Part shown: piece by piece, positions 46,326 to 56,228 of the stretch
Layout: each line of letters starts with the position of its first letter
Position numbering within the stretch: position 1 is the stretch's first letter
NCBI GenBank assembly: GCA_017535785.1
Contig: JAFXTN010000011.1
Coordinates: 198,932-262,931, forward strand
Reading direction: 5' to 3'
DNA length: 64,000 nt
DNA from: Butyrivibrio sp.
Lineage (GTDB): Bacteria > Bacillota > Clostridia > Lachnospirales > Lachnospiraceae
Made by a program: the position numbers and the translations under genes
Notes under the pieces: generated by a model
Databases searched by the model: none
What the model was told of the DNA's origin: nothing
What the model saw: only the letters and a program-made list of their open reading frames with translations

Positions 46326-47282
46326 CTATCTTTCGGATATCTTCTTAAATCTGGCAATTACCTTTTTGACATCCTTGTTGAAATAGCAAACGCAAACACA
46401 ATACAAAACGGTAAATAATGTAATATGTCCCTTTAGATGTATATCGGCTTCCACGATCTTATCATTAAAGTCGGGAATAAATACAAGCTTATTCAGTAAA
46501 AACGGATACATCATACCATATACGCCCATTACATAAGCTTCAATGGCAGGATCACCGACTCCGAGATATAATTCGGAATCACTCTTATCCGGCATTATCA
46601 TCTTAAGAAGCCTTAAAAGCTTCCCTTTTACAAGGTCATAGGCTCTCTTAAATGTCTCACTCTCAAGGGTGGACTTAATCATATTTATCTTACCACAAAC
46701 TCTAGATATTGTATATTTTATTTTTCGGAACACATTTTGTGGCGTTTTTATGAGCTTTATGATAAAAGATATGACATCCTCCACCACATCTATGATCGAT
46801 CTATCTTCAACCTCGTAATCTTCTTCAGATATCGTAATACTATCGACATCCGTGTCATTTTTATGTTCCGCTTCTGTTTTTTCTTCTTTTTTCTCACCTA
46901 TTTCAAAAGAAAGATCGTTTTCATCTTCTTTTTTTACTTCTATCTCTTCTTTCGGATCATCTTCACGGTCACGTTTTTTCTTTTTCTCACTCTTTTCTTT
47001 CCTTGGAAAGACTTTAAATCCGAAAATTTTTATGACAAAGCTGTCATCTTGATGATGGATATATCTTCCGCTGAGGATATGTAAAAGCCAATGAAATTTG
47101 ATCGTAAACTCGATCCGCTCACTGTCATAATCATCGCCAAACTTCATCCTGGGCACATTTCCGTCAATCTTATATCTGATGGGAACAAACAGCGCCAACA
47201 AGATAAGAAAAAGAGCCACGGCAAGAATGACCAGTATAGATATCCCCACTATTTTGAGTACCGATAAAACAACTGCCAACAT
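46326..47282 (-). CDS. DUF2953/YtfI-like membrane protein with a Lys/Glu-rich central stretch
   Basis: N-terminal TM. Position directly upstream of ytfJ, as in Bacillus ytfI-ytfJ. ATG at 47282 behind a GGGAG RBS. Confidence 0.6.
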   Translation of the reverse strand: MLAVVLSVLKIVGISILVILAVALFLILLALFVPIRYKIDGNVPRMKFGDDYDSERIEFTIKFHWLLHILSGRYIHHQDDSFVIKIFGFKVFPRKEKSEKKKKRDREDDPKEEIEVKKEDENDLSFEIGEKKEEKTEAEHKNDTDVDSITISEEDYEVEDRSIIDVVEDVISFIIKLIKTPQNVFRKIKYTISRVCGKINMIKSTLESETFKRAYDLVKGKLLRLLKMIMPDKSDSELYLGVGDPAIEAYVMGVYGMMYPFLLNKLVFIPDFNDKIVEADIHLKGHITLFTVLYCVCVCYFNKDVKKVIARFKKISER

Positions 47283-47306
47283 ATAAACTCCCAAGTTAAG
47301 TATTGA

Positions 47307-47636
47307 TCATGCATTCTTGTCCAGATATTCGACAAGCCTTCCATCCATTCCGGCTTCACATGCTCTGTCTGAAATATCTACGATCATATCGAGCGCCTCC
47401 TCGTAGCTTCCGGCGATCCCAAATATATATGCAGGATGTTCCCTGAAATACGGCTGTTTAAGGAATGCGGAATGTATGATCTCAAGCTGATCGTTCTCAT
47501 TCATCGCTCTGATCAAGCAAAAGATGGTGAACTGCCCGCTTCCGTGGTATAACTTCCACTTAACAAGAGAATGTCTTTTCACTGATTTTCCAAAGTATAG
47601 ATTCTTATAAAAAGTACAGAATCCGTTTTTTTTCAT
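47307..47636 (-). CDS. hypothetical 109-aa protein
   Basis: ORF 24 nt upstream of the ytfI-like gene. No motif recognised. Confidence 0.45.
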   Translation of the reverse strand: MKKNGFCTFYKNLYFGKSVKRHSLVKWKLYHGSGQFTIFCLIRAMNENDQLEIIHSAFLKQPYFREHPAYIFGIAGSYEEALDMIVDISDRACEAGMDGRLVEYLDKNA

Positions 47637-47664
47637 AAAAATACAATTCTCCCCAATTATCGAA

Positions 47665-47694
47665 TTGACCTATATACCCACGTTTATGTATAGT
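47665..47694 (+). promoter_or_regulatory. candidate promoter of the second HD-GYP gene (TTGACC-18 nt-TATAGT, TG-extended)
   Basis: Hexamers and spacing counted by hand. Confidence 0.35.
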
Positions 47695-47795
47695 AGGATA
47701 TATAAGAGTTATGCATAAACTTCTTCATCAAACATTTTAACACATGAAAAAAGTTTATGGAATTGCGAGGGGACGCAAATCGGGAGGTCCTAAAC

Positions 47796-48860
47796 ATGAA
47801 AGTTGTTGCACGTATTGAATTAAAGCCCGGAATGGTCATTGCCGAAGACATTCTAAATTACAAGAATGAGATCATTGTTATGGCCGGAACCAAGGTCACA
47901 GACAATATCATCAAAAAGCTTGCAAGACAATCGATCATCGCCGTTCCCATCAAGGAAGAAATAGATTATTCCACAACACACTTTGAAAAAGTGCGCATGA
48001 CTGACGGCTTTAAGAACTTCGAGTCGATCTACAATATATATTTTCCCGTATTCAAAAGATATATGCTCGGCGCCGTAGATAAGAGCCAGCAGATAAACCT
48101 TTCGCAGCTAATGGAAATATATAAGAGCATAATCTCCGGCGTTAAGAGCGGAGAACAGCTTCTTGATTATCTCTACAATCTTATTCCCGATGAAAACGAC
48201 ATGACACTGTGCCACTGTCTTAACTCCGCGCTGATCGCGGGAGTTTTCGCAACATGGCTCGGTCTTTCAAACAAAGACAGCACTCTGCTCATTGAATGCG
48301 CATTTTTATACGACATCGGTAAATTCAGCATACCTTATCAGATATTATGGAAGCCGCAGAGACTCACACCCGAAGAGTACATGCTTGTCCAGAAGCACAC
48401 TCAGATCGGTTATGATTTCTTAAGACAGGTAGGCTCTTTCAATCATCATATATTAAGAGCTACGCTTCAGCATCACGAAAGATGTAACGGAACCGGATAT
48501 CCCGCTTCCCTTACCTCAGACGAGATAGACAAATTCGCCAAGTACATCGCGATAATAGATACCTATGAAGCCATGACTTCTCCGAGAACCTACAGGACCA
48601 AGCTTCATCCGTTCCAGATAATCGCCAACTACGAAAATGAAGGCTTTGAAAGATATGACGTGCAGGCTCTTAAGTCTATCCTCTCTCATATCGCTGCTTC
48701 ACAGCTTGGCTTTAATGTTCAGCTCAGTAACGAAAGACTCGGAACCGTAATATTAATAAATGAGAAGGCGCTCTCACGCCCTCTCATAAAATTAAACGAA
48801 GATAATACACTTGTAGACCTATCAAAAGAAAAGAAATTGCAGATCACTCAGGTATTTTAA
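47796..48860 (+). CDS. HD-GYP domain protein, paralog of 30199-31290
   Basis: YDIGKFSIP...QHHERCNGTGYPASLTS...YEAMTSPRTYR. ATG at 47796 behind a GGGAGG RBS. Confidence 0.85.
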   Translation: MKVVARIELKPGMVIAEDILNYKNEIIVMAGTKVTDNIIKKLARQSIIAVPIKEEIDYSTTHFEKVRMTDGFKNFESIYNIYFPVFKRYMLGAVDKSQQINLSQLMEIYKSIISGVKSGEQLLDYLYNLIPDENDMTLCHCLNSALIAGVFATWLGLSNKDSTLLIECAFLYDIGKFSIPYQILWKPQRLTPEEYMLVQKHTQIGYDFLRQVGSFNHHILRATLQHHERCNGTGYPASLTSDEIDKFAKYIAIIDTYEAMTSPRTYRTKLHPFQIIANYENEGFERYDVQALKSILSHIAASQLGFNVQLSNERLGTVILINEKALSRPLIKLNEDNTLVDLSKEKKLQITQVF

Positions 48861-48862
48861 CA

Positions 48863-50371
48863 TCATTCAACGCCGAAATACGCATCAAAAACGTTCTTTG
48901 CTATCGGAACAGCGTAGCTTCCGCCGCTTCCCGCTTCTTCTACGATTATAGTAACGCAGATCTCGGGATCATCGGCTGGCGCAAAGCCCGTAAACCACGC
49001 ATGAGATTCTTTTTCATCATTAAATTCAGCAGAACCGGTCTTTCCTGCCGCAGTGTAGGAAAGGCCTTTTAATTTGCTCGCTGTTCCCTTTTGAACAACC
49101 TGCGTCATCATTGAACGAAGTATCCTTGCTTCTTCGCTGCTCATCAGCCTATTATATTCCTCAGGCTCATATTTCTTAACTTCTTTTCCGTCTTCACTCT
49201 TAACAACGCTGACTACATAAGGCTTCATAAGAATACCGTCATTGGCGACAGCGCACGTTATCATGTTAAGATGCTCCGGCGAGATCGAAGTTTTGCCCTG
49301 ACCTATAGAAAGCTGCATTACAGAATTCGGATTGCCGTCCTTTGGATATGATGACGAGCTTTGAGCAAATCTGCAAAAATCAAGCGGAAGATCCTGATTG
49401 AACATAAGGTCATTCAGAACTCCGTCAAACGTCTCTCCTTTAAGTCCCACACCGATATTAGCAAAAGAAGAATTACATGACTTGGCAAAAGAAGTCTCAA
49501 GATCGACATTTCCGTGTCTTTCACCGTGATAACACGAGATCGTGTTTCCCTCATAGTCAAATCTTCCGTTACAGCTGAACTTATAATTCATATAATCGGT
49601 CGGATGCTCTTTAAGATAGCCAAGTGCCGTTACTATCTTAAATGTAGATCCGGGAGGATACTTTCCCTGCGTTGCTCTGTTGAGAAGCTTTGCTTCCGGA
49701 GACGTATCCTTAAGAAGGTCATCCCACTCCTGCTCAAGAGTATTCGGATCAAAATCAGGCTTTGAAACCATAGCAAGTATCTCACCGGTCTTCGGATCAG
49801 AAACCACGACAGCTCCTCTTCTTCCTGAGAGAGCACTGTAAGCAACCTCCTGCAGATGAACATCAAGTGTAGTCGTAACATTGTCGCCCGGATACTTTTG
49901 GCCCTTGGTATCATAAGCAACCTTCTGCGAAAGGTCCAGACTTGTATTGATCAGATAATAGTTTGAAAAAGCCTCAATTCCGACCTTCCCTTTGTTAGCA
50001 TATCCAACAACATGGGCAAATTCATTGCTGTACGGATACACTCTGACTTCTTTTCCGTTCTCATCCTTATCGGAATAAGCAAGTATATCACCGTCTCTTG
50101 ATAATATCTTCCCGCGTATATTCTGCTTTATAAGTATCTTCTGTCTCGTATTGTGCTCGTTATTAATAAATTCCTTTTTATGTGTAAGAGAATAATGGGT
50201 GATATATCCAAGCATTGCTGCGAACAAAATGACATATAAGCTCGTCAGAACTATGATAGGATATGATCTTACTCTTCTTCTCCTAGTATTCGTCGTCCTC
50301 GTATCTTTCATATCTTCTTTTTTTCCTCTCATAATAGCGTCTTTCTTCCAGATATTCTTCATATCTTTCAT
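48863..50371 (-). CDS. class B penicillin-binding protein (PBP2/FtsI-type transpeptidase)
   Basis: STFK active-site motif (PPGSTFKIVTA), SCN, KTGSA. The start is uncertain (ATGs at 50371, 50332 and 50311), and all overlap the end of the upstream SEDS gene. Confidence 0.85.
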   Translation of the reverse strand: MKDMKNIWKKDAIMRGKKEDMKDTRTTNTRRRRVRSYPIIVLTSLYVILFAAMLGYITHYSLTHKKEFINNEHNTRQKILIKQNIRGKILSRDGDILAYSDKDENGKEVRVYPYSNEFAHVVGYANKGKVGIEAFSNYYLINTSLDLSQKVAYDTKGQKYPGDNVTTTLDVHLQEVAYSALSGRRGAVVVSDPKTGEILAMVSKPDFDPNTLEQEWDDLLKDTSPEAKLLNRATQGKYPPGSTFKIVTALGYLKEHPTDYMNYKFSCNGRFDYEGNTISCYHGERHGNVDLETSFAKSCNSSFANIGVGLKGETFDGVLNDLMFNQDLPLDFCRFAQSSSSYPKDGNPNSVMQLSIGQGKTSISPEHLNMITCAVANDGILMKPYVVSVVKSEDGKEVKKYEPEEYNRLMSSEEARILRSMMTQVVQKGTASKLKGLSYTAAGKTGSAEFNDEKESHAWFTGFAPADDPEICVTIIVEEAGSGGSYAVPIAKNVFDAYFGVE

Positions 50372-51665
50372 CTGAACCGATCATACATATTCCTTCAACT
50401 ATCATCACCATGACTATAGTCACAAGGACCGAAGATCCGCCGTAACTGATAAGAGGAAGCGTAACTCCCGTAAGCGGTATGAATTTAGAGCCACCGCCGA
50501 TCGTAAGAAATGTCTGGAAAATATAGGATATTCCGATACCACATATGATCATCCTATAAAACTTGTCATTTATGTAATATCCCTCCTGCATGATAAGAAG
50601 GAAAGTACTAAGACAAATAAGTATCATCAATACCGAAAATACAATGCCCATCTCCTCCGCTATCGCCGAAAAGATAAAGTCGGTCTCGACAAACGGTATG
50701 GATTTTGGTGCACCTCCGTAGAGCCCCAGGCCGAAAAGCCCGCCACTGCTTATACCAAAAAGAGACTGTGAAAGCTGATAGCCTACGCCCATAATATCTT
50801 TGAACGGATCCTGCCATGCCATGACTCTCTTCTGAATATGGGAAAAGAGCCTGTAAGAAGCGGCACTTGCAAGTACAGCAAACGCTATTCCTATGATAAA
50901 ATATCCGATATTCTCGGTAGAGATATAGATAAGCGCAAGATACAGCATGAAAAAGATAAGGGCACTTCCAAGGTCTTTGGAAAGGACCAATATGATAACA
51001 TGCGCGGCTGCCACTGCCGAAAGTATGAAAAGATCCACTATCCCTTCCGCCTTATACAAAGCTCCCGCCAGGAAAAACAGGAACAATACCTTTACAAACT
51101 CCGAAGGTTGGAAAGAGACACCGGCGATTGAGTAATTAAGCTTAGAGCCGTTGATCGTCGCACCAAGGATAAGCACGACGCTCATCGCTGCAATTCCGAC
51201 TGCCGCATATATCCATGTAAATCTCTTAAGGAAATTGAACCTGAATATCATCTCCGGGATAAAAAAACCGATCAAAAATGAGATCGCTACGATGACAAAC
51301 TGCTTTACCGCCTTTTCGTACGAAAGCCTTGTAAGTATGATCACACCGATCATCAGAAGCAGACAACAGTTGTTTATGATAAGCCTGTTTCCGTCAGGAT
51401 AAATAAAATAAAACAGCATGATCACCGCAGAAAAGACAACAATCTGAAATGCAAAGAAAAACAGATATACAACCTTCCCCGTCCTTGCAAGTATCTGCAC
51501 AAAACACGCTATCTGGATCATAAACATCAAAATGATCTGCGTCGCATATATATGAGTCCTTGCTTCTCTGCTCCTGAACCTAAACGCCGCAAATGCGGTG
51601 ATAGTGTAGAGCAGCATCATTGAAGCAATGACATATTTAGATATTTCTGTTACGTATAACTCCAT
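50283..51665 (-). CDS. FtsW/RodA/SpoVE (SEDS) family protein
   Basis: 460 aa, polytopic. It contains ...PSEFVK... and ...TDFIFSAIAEEMG... SEDS motifs, and an unusual R/Y/E-rich tail. Confidence 0.88.
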   Translation of the reverse strand: MELYVTEISKYVIASMMLLYTITAFAAFRFRSREARTHIYATQIILMFMIQIACFVQILARTGKVVYLFFFAFQIVVFSAVIMLFYFIYPDGNRLIINNCCLLLMIGVIILTRLSYEKAVKQFVIVAISFLIGFFIPEMIFRFNFLKRFTWIYAAVGIAAMSVVLILGATINGSKLNYSIAGVSFQPSEFVKVLFLFFLAGALYKAEGIVDLFILSAVAAAHVIILVLSKDLGSALIFFMLYLALIYISTENIGYFIIGIAFAVLASAASYRLFSHIQKRVMAWQDPFKDIMGVGYQLSQSLFGISSGGLFGLGLYGGAPKSIPFVETDFIFSAIAEEMGIVFSVLMILICLSTFLLIMQEGYYINDKFYRMIICGIGISYIFQTFLTIGGGSKFIPLTGVTLPLISYGGSSVLVTIVMVMIVEGICMIGSDERYEEYLEERRYYERKKRRYERYEDDEY

Positions 51666-51669
51666 TCCT

Positions 51670-53985
51670 TTATTCTACCTCGCGTTTATAATGTCCGTTC
51701 GTAGACTTAAGCCTCTGCAAAAGAGCTGTCCTAAACTCCTTATCTCCTTCGCATAATCCGGCTCTTAATACATCAAATGCCAGATCCTTATCTTCAACGG
51801 TAAGGTCGATCCTAAACCTGTCAAAAAGATCTTTCTCATACAGAACATCCATCTTATTGTACAAAACAGTGGGATTGGCGTTCCATATTATGTTATAGCA
51901 ATTTCTGCAATTAGTTGTGACCGACATTTTGTTCCCCATTCTGTCGGTAATGCTCATCTTCTCGTGATGATGCGTATTAAGCTTGCCGCTGCATTTATCA
52001 AGCGTCTTCTTTATGCAGCCCGCGCTTATCATCATCGGCACATGTCCGTATATATTATACGAAATCGGAATGCCGACCTTTGAAGCGATCTCTTTTGCCG
52101 CTTCGGAAGCCTCATGTATCGTAAGCTCATACGGCACTGATATCTCGGAGACAAAAGAGCTGTCGTCAGGCCTTCTGATTTCCGTCAAAAGCCTTGCTGC
52201 CTCTGCGTTCCAGGTATATACGCCGTAATCGAGTATAACTATTCCCTTATACTCTTTTTCCTTGAGAAAACCAAGCTGCTCAAGGTTTCTTACAAGAACT
52301 CCGGACAATGTATCGTTAAATCCGCCAATAAGCTGACTTATATCACTTGTCCCGTCAAAAGACTCTTCTCTTGTAACATACGGAAGCGCCGCAATGATCT
52401 CGATCTCAGAAAAAACAGGTGCTTTAAGTATATCAAGCACGCCCTCGTCCTTGAGGATAAGAACGCATTCAAGATAAAGCCTTGTAACCTTGGCATTTTC
52501 TTCTCTGTCAGCAATAAATTCAAGCGCGTTCTTTACTGCTTCAAGCTGTTCTTTAGTATGAACAAGAATATCGGTGTCCGGTCTACCGAGCCTTTTCTCT
52601 TTTCTGGTGTCAAAAGAAACTGCGACTCTTTTATCATCCTGCTCTATGCTTACATCAGAATTACTGTCTTTTGCGAAGCTGTTTAACAGTTCTTCTTCCA
52701 TATCTTCGCAGAGCTTTCTTCTAAGCTCATTAAGCTCACTTACAGGCATGAATATTCCGCTTCCGGTACCTCCGTCATCAATCATTATCTCGATCGACTC
52801 CGCCTCAAAAGGAGTATTTCCGAGACGCTCAAGCTGCTTTCTTACGCTGTCTTCATCCATAGGTCTTTTGGATGCGGCCTGGACCTCGTTTCCAAAAACA
52901 GACTTTGAAACGAATTCATCGTTATGATTGACGTTCATTATAAGCTCAGCCTTTTCACCGAGCTTAAGCTTACAGAATATATCGCATTTTATCTTAAGTT
53001 CATGCCCAAGATATTTATCCCTTACCTTACTTAGCACCTCTTCCTTTGTTCCGTTGTAGGCGGGAGAAGTGATCGTTACCATCTCTTTGCCGTTATGCTT
53101 GTGATAATAGCCTGAGCTTATGCCGGTTCTTAAGTAAAGAGATTTAAGGATCTCCATATCTTCTTTGGAAACTTCACGCTTCTTGGTAGGATCCTCGTAA
53201 TAAAGATCTATGTACTTTCTGTAGAGCGAAGTAACGCCAGCAGCGTACTCGGGCTTCTTCATCCTTCCTTCTATCTTGAAAGAATCAATACCGGCACCGA
53301 TGAGCTCAGGTATCATGTCGATCGTACACATATCCTTAAGACTTAGCGGATACTGCTCGTCGTTTGAACCTGAAACATCCGATGAATACGGAAGTCTGCA
53401 CGGCTGCGCACATCTTCCCCTGTTACCGCTTCTGGTACCTACCATACTGCTGAAAAGGCAAGCTCCCGAATAGCAATAGCACATTGCTCCGTGAATAAAT
53501 GCTTCAACCTCGATATCAGCTTTTTCTCTTATAGCCTGCATTTCTTCAAGACTTAATTCTCTTGCGGGAACGACGCGGCAACATCCAAGCTCTTTTAACA
53601 GCTTGGCTCCGTATATACCTGTCACAGTCTGCTGCGTACTTGCATGAAGCTCCACATTCGGAAATTCATCTCTTATGAAGCGCATAACACCGAGATCCTG
53701 GACGATGACGCCGTCAAGGTTCTTTTCCGCATACGGCAACATAAAATCATATAGCTCGCCGAATTCTCTTTCTTTGACGAGCGTATTTACCGTCATATAT
53801 ATCTTCTTGCCGTGCAGATGGGCATACGAAACAGCGTCAAGAACCTCATCTGTGTCAAAATTGTCAGCATAGGCTCTGGCGCCAAATTTGGAACCTCCGA
53901 GATAAACGGCATCGGCGCCTGCATTGAAAGCACCGACCATTGTTTCATATCCCCCTGCCGGGGCTAATAATTCTACTCTCTTCAT
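51670..53985 (-). CDS. peptidase U32 family protein, long form
   Basis: 771 aa. N-terminus VELLAPAGGYETMVGAFNAGADAVYLGG and the E-x-F-x-H-G-A-x-C motif (EAFIHGAMCYCYSGACL). Confidence 0.85.
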   Translation of the reverse strand: MKRVELLAPAGGYETMVGAFNAGADAVYLGGSKFGARAYADNFDTDEVLDAVSYAHLHGKKIYMTVNTLVKEREFGELYDFMLPYAEKNLDGVIVQDLGVMRFIRDEFPNVELHASTQQTVTGIYGAKLLKELGCCRVVPARELSLEEMQAIREKADIEVEAFIHGAMCYCYSGACLFSSMVGTRSGNRGRCAQPCRLPYSSDVSGSNDEQYPLSLKDMCTIDMIPELIGAGIDSFKIEGRMKKPEYAAGVTSLYRKYIDLYYEDPTKKREVSKEDMEILKSLYLRTGISSGYYHKHNGKEMVTITSPAYNGTKEEVLSKVRDKYLGHELKIKCDIFCKLKLGEKAELIMNVNHNDEFVSKSVFGNEVQAASKRPMDEDSVRKQLERLGNTPFEAESIEIMIDDGGTGSGIFMPVSELNELRRKLCEDMEEELLNSFAKDSNSDVSIEQDDKRVAVSFDTRKEKRLGRPDTDILVHTKEQLEAVKNALEFIADREENAKVTRLYLECVLILKDEGVLDILKAPVFSEIEIIAALPYVTREESFDGTSDISQLIGGFNDTLSGVLVRNLEQLGFLKEKEYKGIVILDYGVYTWNAEAARLLTEIRRPDDSSFVSEISVPYELTIHEASEAAKEIASKVGIPISYNIYGHVPMMISAGCIKKTLDKCSGKLNTHHHEKMSITDRMGNKMSVTTNCRNCYNIIWNANPTVLYNKMDVLYEKDLFDRFRIDLTVEDKDLAFDVLRAGLCEGDKEFRTALLQRLKSTNGHYKREVE

Positions 53986-53995
53986 AATCTTTTAT

Positions 53996-54028
53996 AACGA
54001 AAAAGGCTGTCATTAATTAGACAGCCTT
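53996..54028 (-). terminator. terminator downstream of zapA
   Basis: AAGGCTGTC-8 nt-GACAGCCTT, followed on the minus strand by TTTCGTTAT. It lies only ~17 nt upstream of the U32 start. Confidence 0.55.
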
Positions 54029-54038
54029 GTAAATACAA

Positions 54039-54452
54039 TCATTTCTTTGTTCCGGTCCCTTTGACCTGAGTTTCAAGCTGAATGATCTTCTTTGATGACT
54101 CATCAAGTTTGGTCTGGAGACTCTTTCCGTTCTTCTCGGTATTCTCTAGCTTGATCTGCGTAGCAATAAGCTCGTGCTTGAGATCGTACAGCTCTTTCTC
54201 TTTCTCGGCAAGCTGCTCTTCAACAAGCTCGATCTGCTTCTTAGCCTTGAAGTAGTCATCTGCAATATTTAACTGAAGAAGAACATTCTGAGTATCAATA
54301 GGCTGTCTCTTAAAACTGTCGATCTTGTTGTACTCACCGATCTTATTGTTTATATAAGAGGCCACCTTCTGTAAATATTCTTCACTTTCGTATCCGCTTA
54401 AGGTAAATACCTTTCCCCCGATAATTACCTCGGTATCTGTTTTAGATGCCAT
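54039..54452 (-). CDS. zapA: cell division protein ZapA
   Basis: 137 aa. VIIGGKVFTLSGYESEEYLQKVASYINNKI plus a C-terminal coiled coil. Confidence 0.8.
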   Translation of the reverse strand: MASKTDTEVIIGGKVFTLSGYESEEYLQKVASYINNKIGEYNKIDSFKRQPIDTQNVLLQLNIADDYFKAKKQIELVEEQLAEKEKELYDLKHELIATQIKLENTEKNGKSLQTKLDESSKKIIQLETQVKGTGTKK

Positions 54453-54497
54453 AAATCCACCCCTGCTCTAATTCATTTTAGCTTGGTTGCTTTTTAA

Positions 54498-55529
54498 TTA
54501 TATCTCCGAGACAGCTTCATTATCAAGTCCTAAATGGGTATAGGCCATATCTGTCACAACTCTGCCTCTCGGCGTTCTATTAACGAATCCGTTCTTTATA
54601 AGGTAAGGCTCATAGACGTCCTCAATGGTTCCGGAGTCCTCACCTATAGCGGCGGCAAGCGTATCAAGTCCGACCGGTCCACCTCCGAATTTATTTATCA
54701 TAGTCAGTAATATATTTCTGTCAGTGTGGTCAAGTCCCATCTTATCTACATCCATAAGATCGAGGGCTGTCACTGCAATATCCTCGGTGATAACGCCGTT
54801 ATGCTTGACCTGAGCGTAATCTCTTACTCTCTTAAGTATCCTGTTTGCAAGTCTGGGTGTTCCTCTGCTGCGTCGTGCCATCTCTTTGGCACCGTTTGGA
54901 TCGACCTCAACATTGAGAACCTTCGCAGACTGCATAATGATCTCGCACAGTTCATCAGGCTCGTAGAATTCCATCTTGTGGATCATTCCGAATCTGTCTC
55001 TTAAAGGCGCAGAGAGCATTCCGGCTCTCGTTGTAGCTCCGATAAGTGTAAAATGAGGAAGATCAAGTCTTATGGATCTGGCGGTAGGTCCCTTTCCTAT
55101 CATGATATCAATGGCATAATCCTCCATTGCGGGATACAGAACCTCCTCGACCTGTCTGTTAAGTCTGTGGATCTCATCTACAAAAAGAACATCATTCTCC
55201 TGAAGATTATTGAGGATAGCCGCCATATCTCCGGGCTTCTCGATCGCCGGTCCGCTTGTTATCTTGATATTAACTCCCATCTCCGATGCAATTATACCCG
55301 CAAGAGTAGTCTTACCAAGTCCGGGCGGTCCGTAAAAAAGAAGGTGATCGAGGCACTCGTTTCTTTTCTTGGCAGCCTCAATGTAGATCTTAAGGCTTTC
55401 CTTGATCTTCTTTTGTCCTATGTAATTATTAAGGCTTCTGGGTCTTAATGACCCTTCGATCCTCTCATCTTCCACATTTGCATTGGTATCAACGCCTCTT
55501 GCGGAAGTAACGATTTTTCTCTTTTCCAT
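54498..55529 (-). CDS. ruvB: Holliday junction helicase RuvB
   Basis: [12 protein letters not shown]...[13 protein letters not shown]...DEIHRL. ATG at 55529, just after the ruvA stop. Confidence 0.95.
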   Translation of the reverse strand: MEKRKIVTSARGVDTNANVEDERIEGSLRPRSLNNYIGQKKIKESLKIYIEAAKKRNECLDHLLFYGPPGLGKTTLAGIIASEMGVNIKITSGPAIEKPGDMAAILNNLQENDVLFVDEIHRLNRQVEEVLYPAMEDYAIDIMIGKGPTARSIRLDLPHFTLIGATTRAGMLSAPLRDRFGMIHKMEFYEPDELCEIIMQSAKVLNVEVDPNGAKEMARRSRGTPRLANRILKRVRDYAQVKHNGVITEDIAVTALDLMDVDKMGLDHTDRNILLTMINKFGGGPVGLDTLAAAIGEDSGTIEDVYEPYLIKNGFVNRTPRGRVVTDMAYTHLGLDNEAVSEI

Positions 55530-55533
55530 GCTG

Positions 55534-56151
55534 TTAGAACATCTCCTTAAGAGCAAGCTTTAAAAGAACTTCTGCATCAAGCTGAGCATCGCTTCCTTTT
55601 ATTACTTTTCTTACTGCCTTTACGGCATCCGAAGAATTGTATCCGAGTGCGACAAGAGCAGCAACCGCTTCGTCTTTTGCTGCAGCGGCTTCACCTGTCA
55701 GGTCGTCACCCACAGCTGCACCGGAAGATGAAAGCATATCATCCTCAGTGACTTTTATCTTATCCCTAAGCTCGAGAGTGATCCTCTCAGCTGTCTTCTT
55801 ACCAACTCCGGGAGCCTTGGCTATTGAAGCGCTGTCACCCGCAATAATGGCAAATCTAAGGTCATCGGGAGAAAGAACGGATAAAACGGCAAGTCCACCC
55901 TTAGGACCGATTCCGTTGACCGTAATAAGCATCTTAAAAAGATTCAGTTCATCTCTTGATAGAAAACCAAATAAAGAAAAAGCATCTTCTTTGACGTTTG
56001 TATAAGTATAAAGCTTTACCATCTCTCCGATCCCGGGCATTCTGTCCATAGTGGAACCCGAGATATTAACATTGACGCCAAAGCCGTTCACGTCTATGAC
56101 AGCATTCCCCTCTTCGAGGTTTTCCAATATTCCGTTTACATATGCTATCAC
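55534..56151 (-). CDS. ruvA: Holliday junction DNA-binding protein RuvA
   Basis: 205 aa. MIAYVNGIL..., HhH motifs ([26 protein letters not shown]). Confidence 0.93.
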   Translation of the reverse strand: MIAYVNGILENLEEGNAVIDVNGFGVNVNISGSTMDRMPGIGEMVKLYTYTNVKEDAFSLFGFLSRDELNLFKMLITVNGIGPKGGLAVLSVLSPDDLRFAIIAGDSASIAKAPGVGKKTAERITLELRDKIKVTEDDMLSSSGAAVGDDLTGEAAAAKDEAVAALVALGYNSSDAVKAVRKVIKGSDAQLDAEVLLKLALKEMF

Positions 56152-56167
56152 GAAAATATCCCCCTGT

Positions 56168-56203
56168 AAGTCAAAGCGCCGGGCTAAAGATCTAGCCCGG
56201 TGC
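56168..56203 (-). terminator. GC-rich hairpin downstream of nfnB
   Basis: GCGCCGGGCTA-6 nt-TAGCCCGGTGC (11 bp with one G-U), followed on the minus strand by TTTGACTT, a weak T-tract. Confidence 0.45.
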
Positions 56204-56228
56204 TATTTGATTTATAAAAGATAATAAA

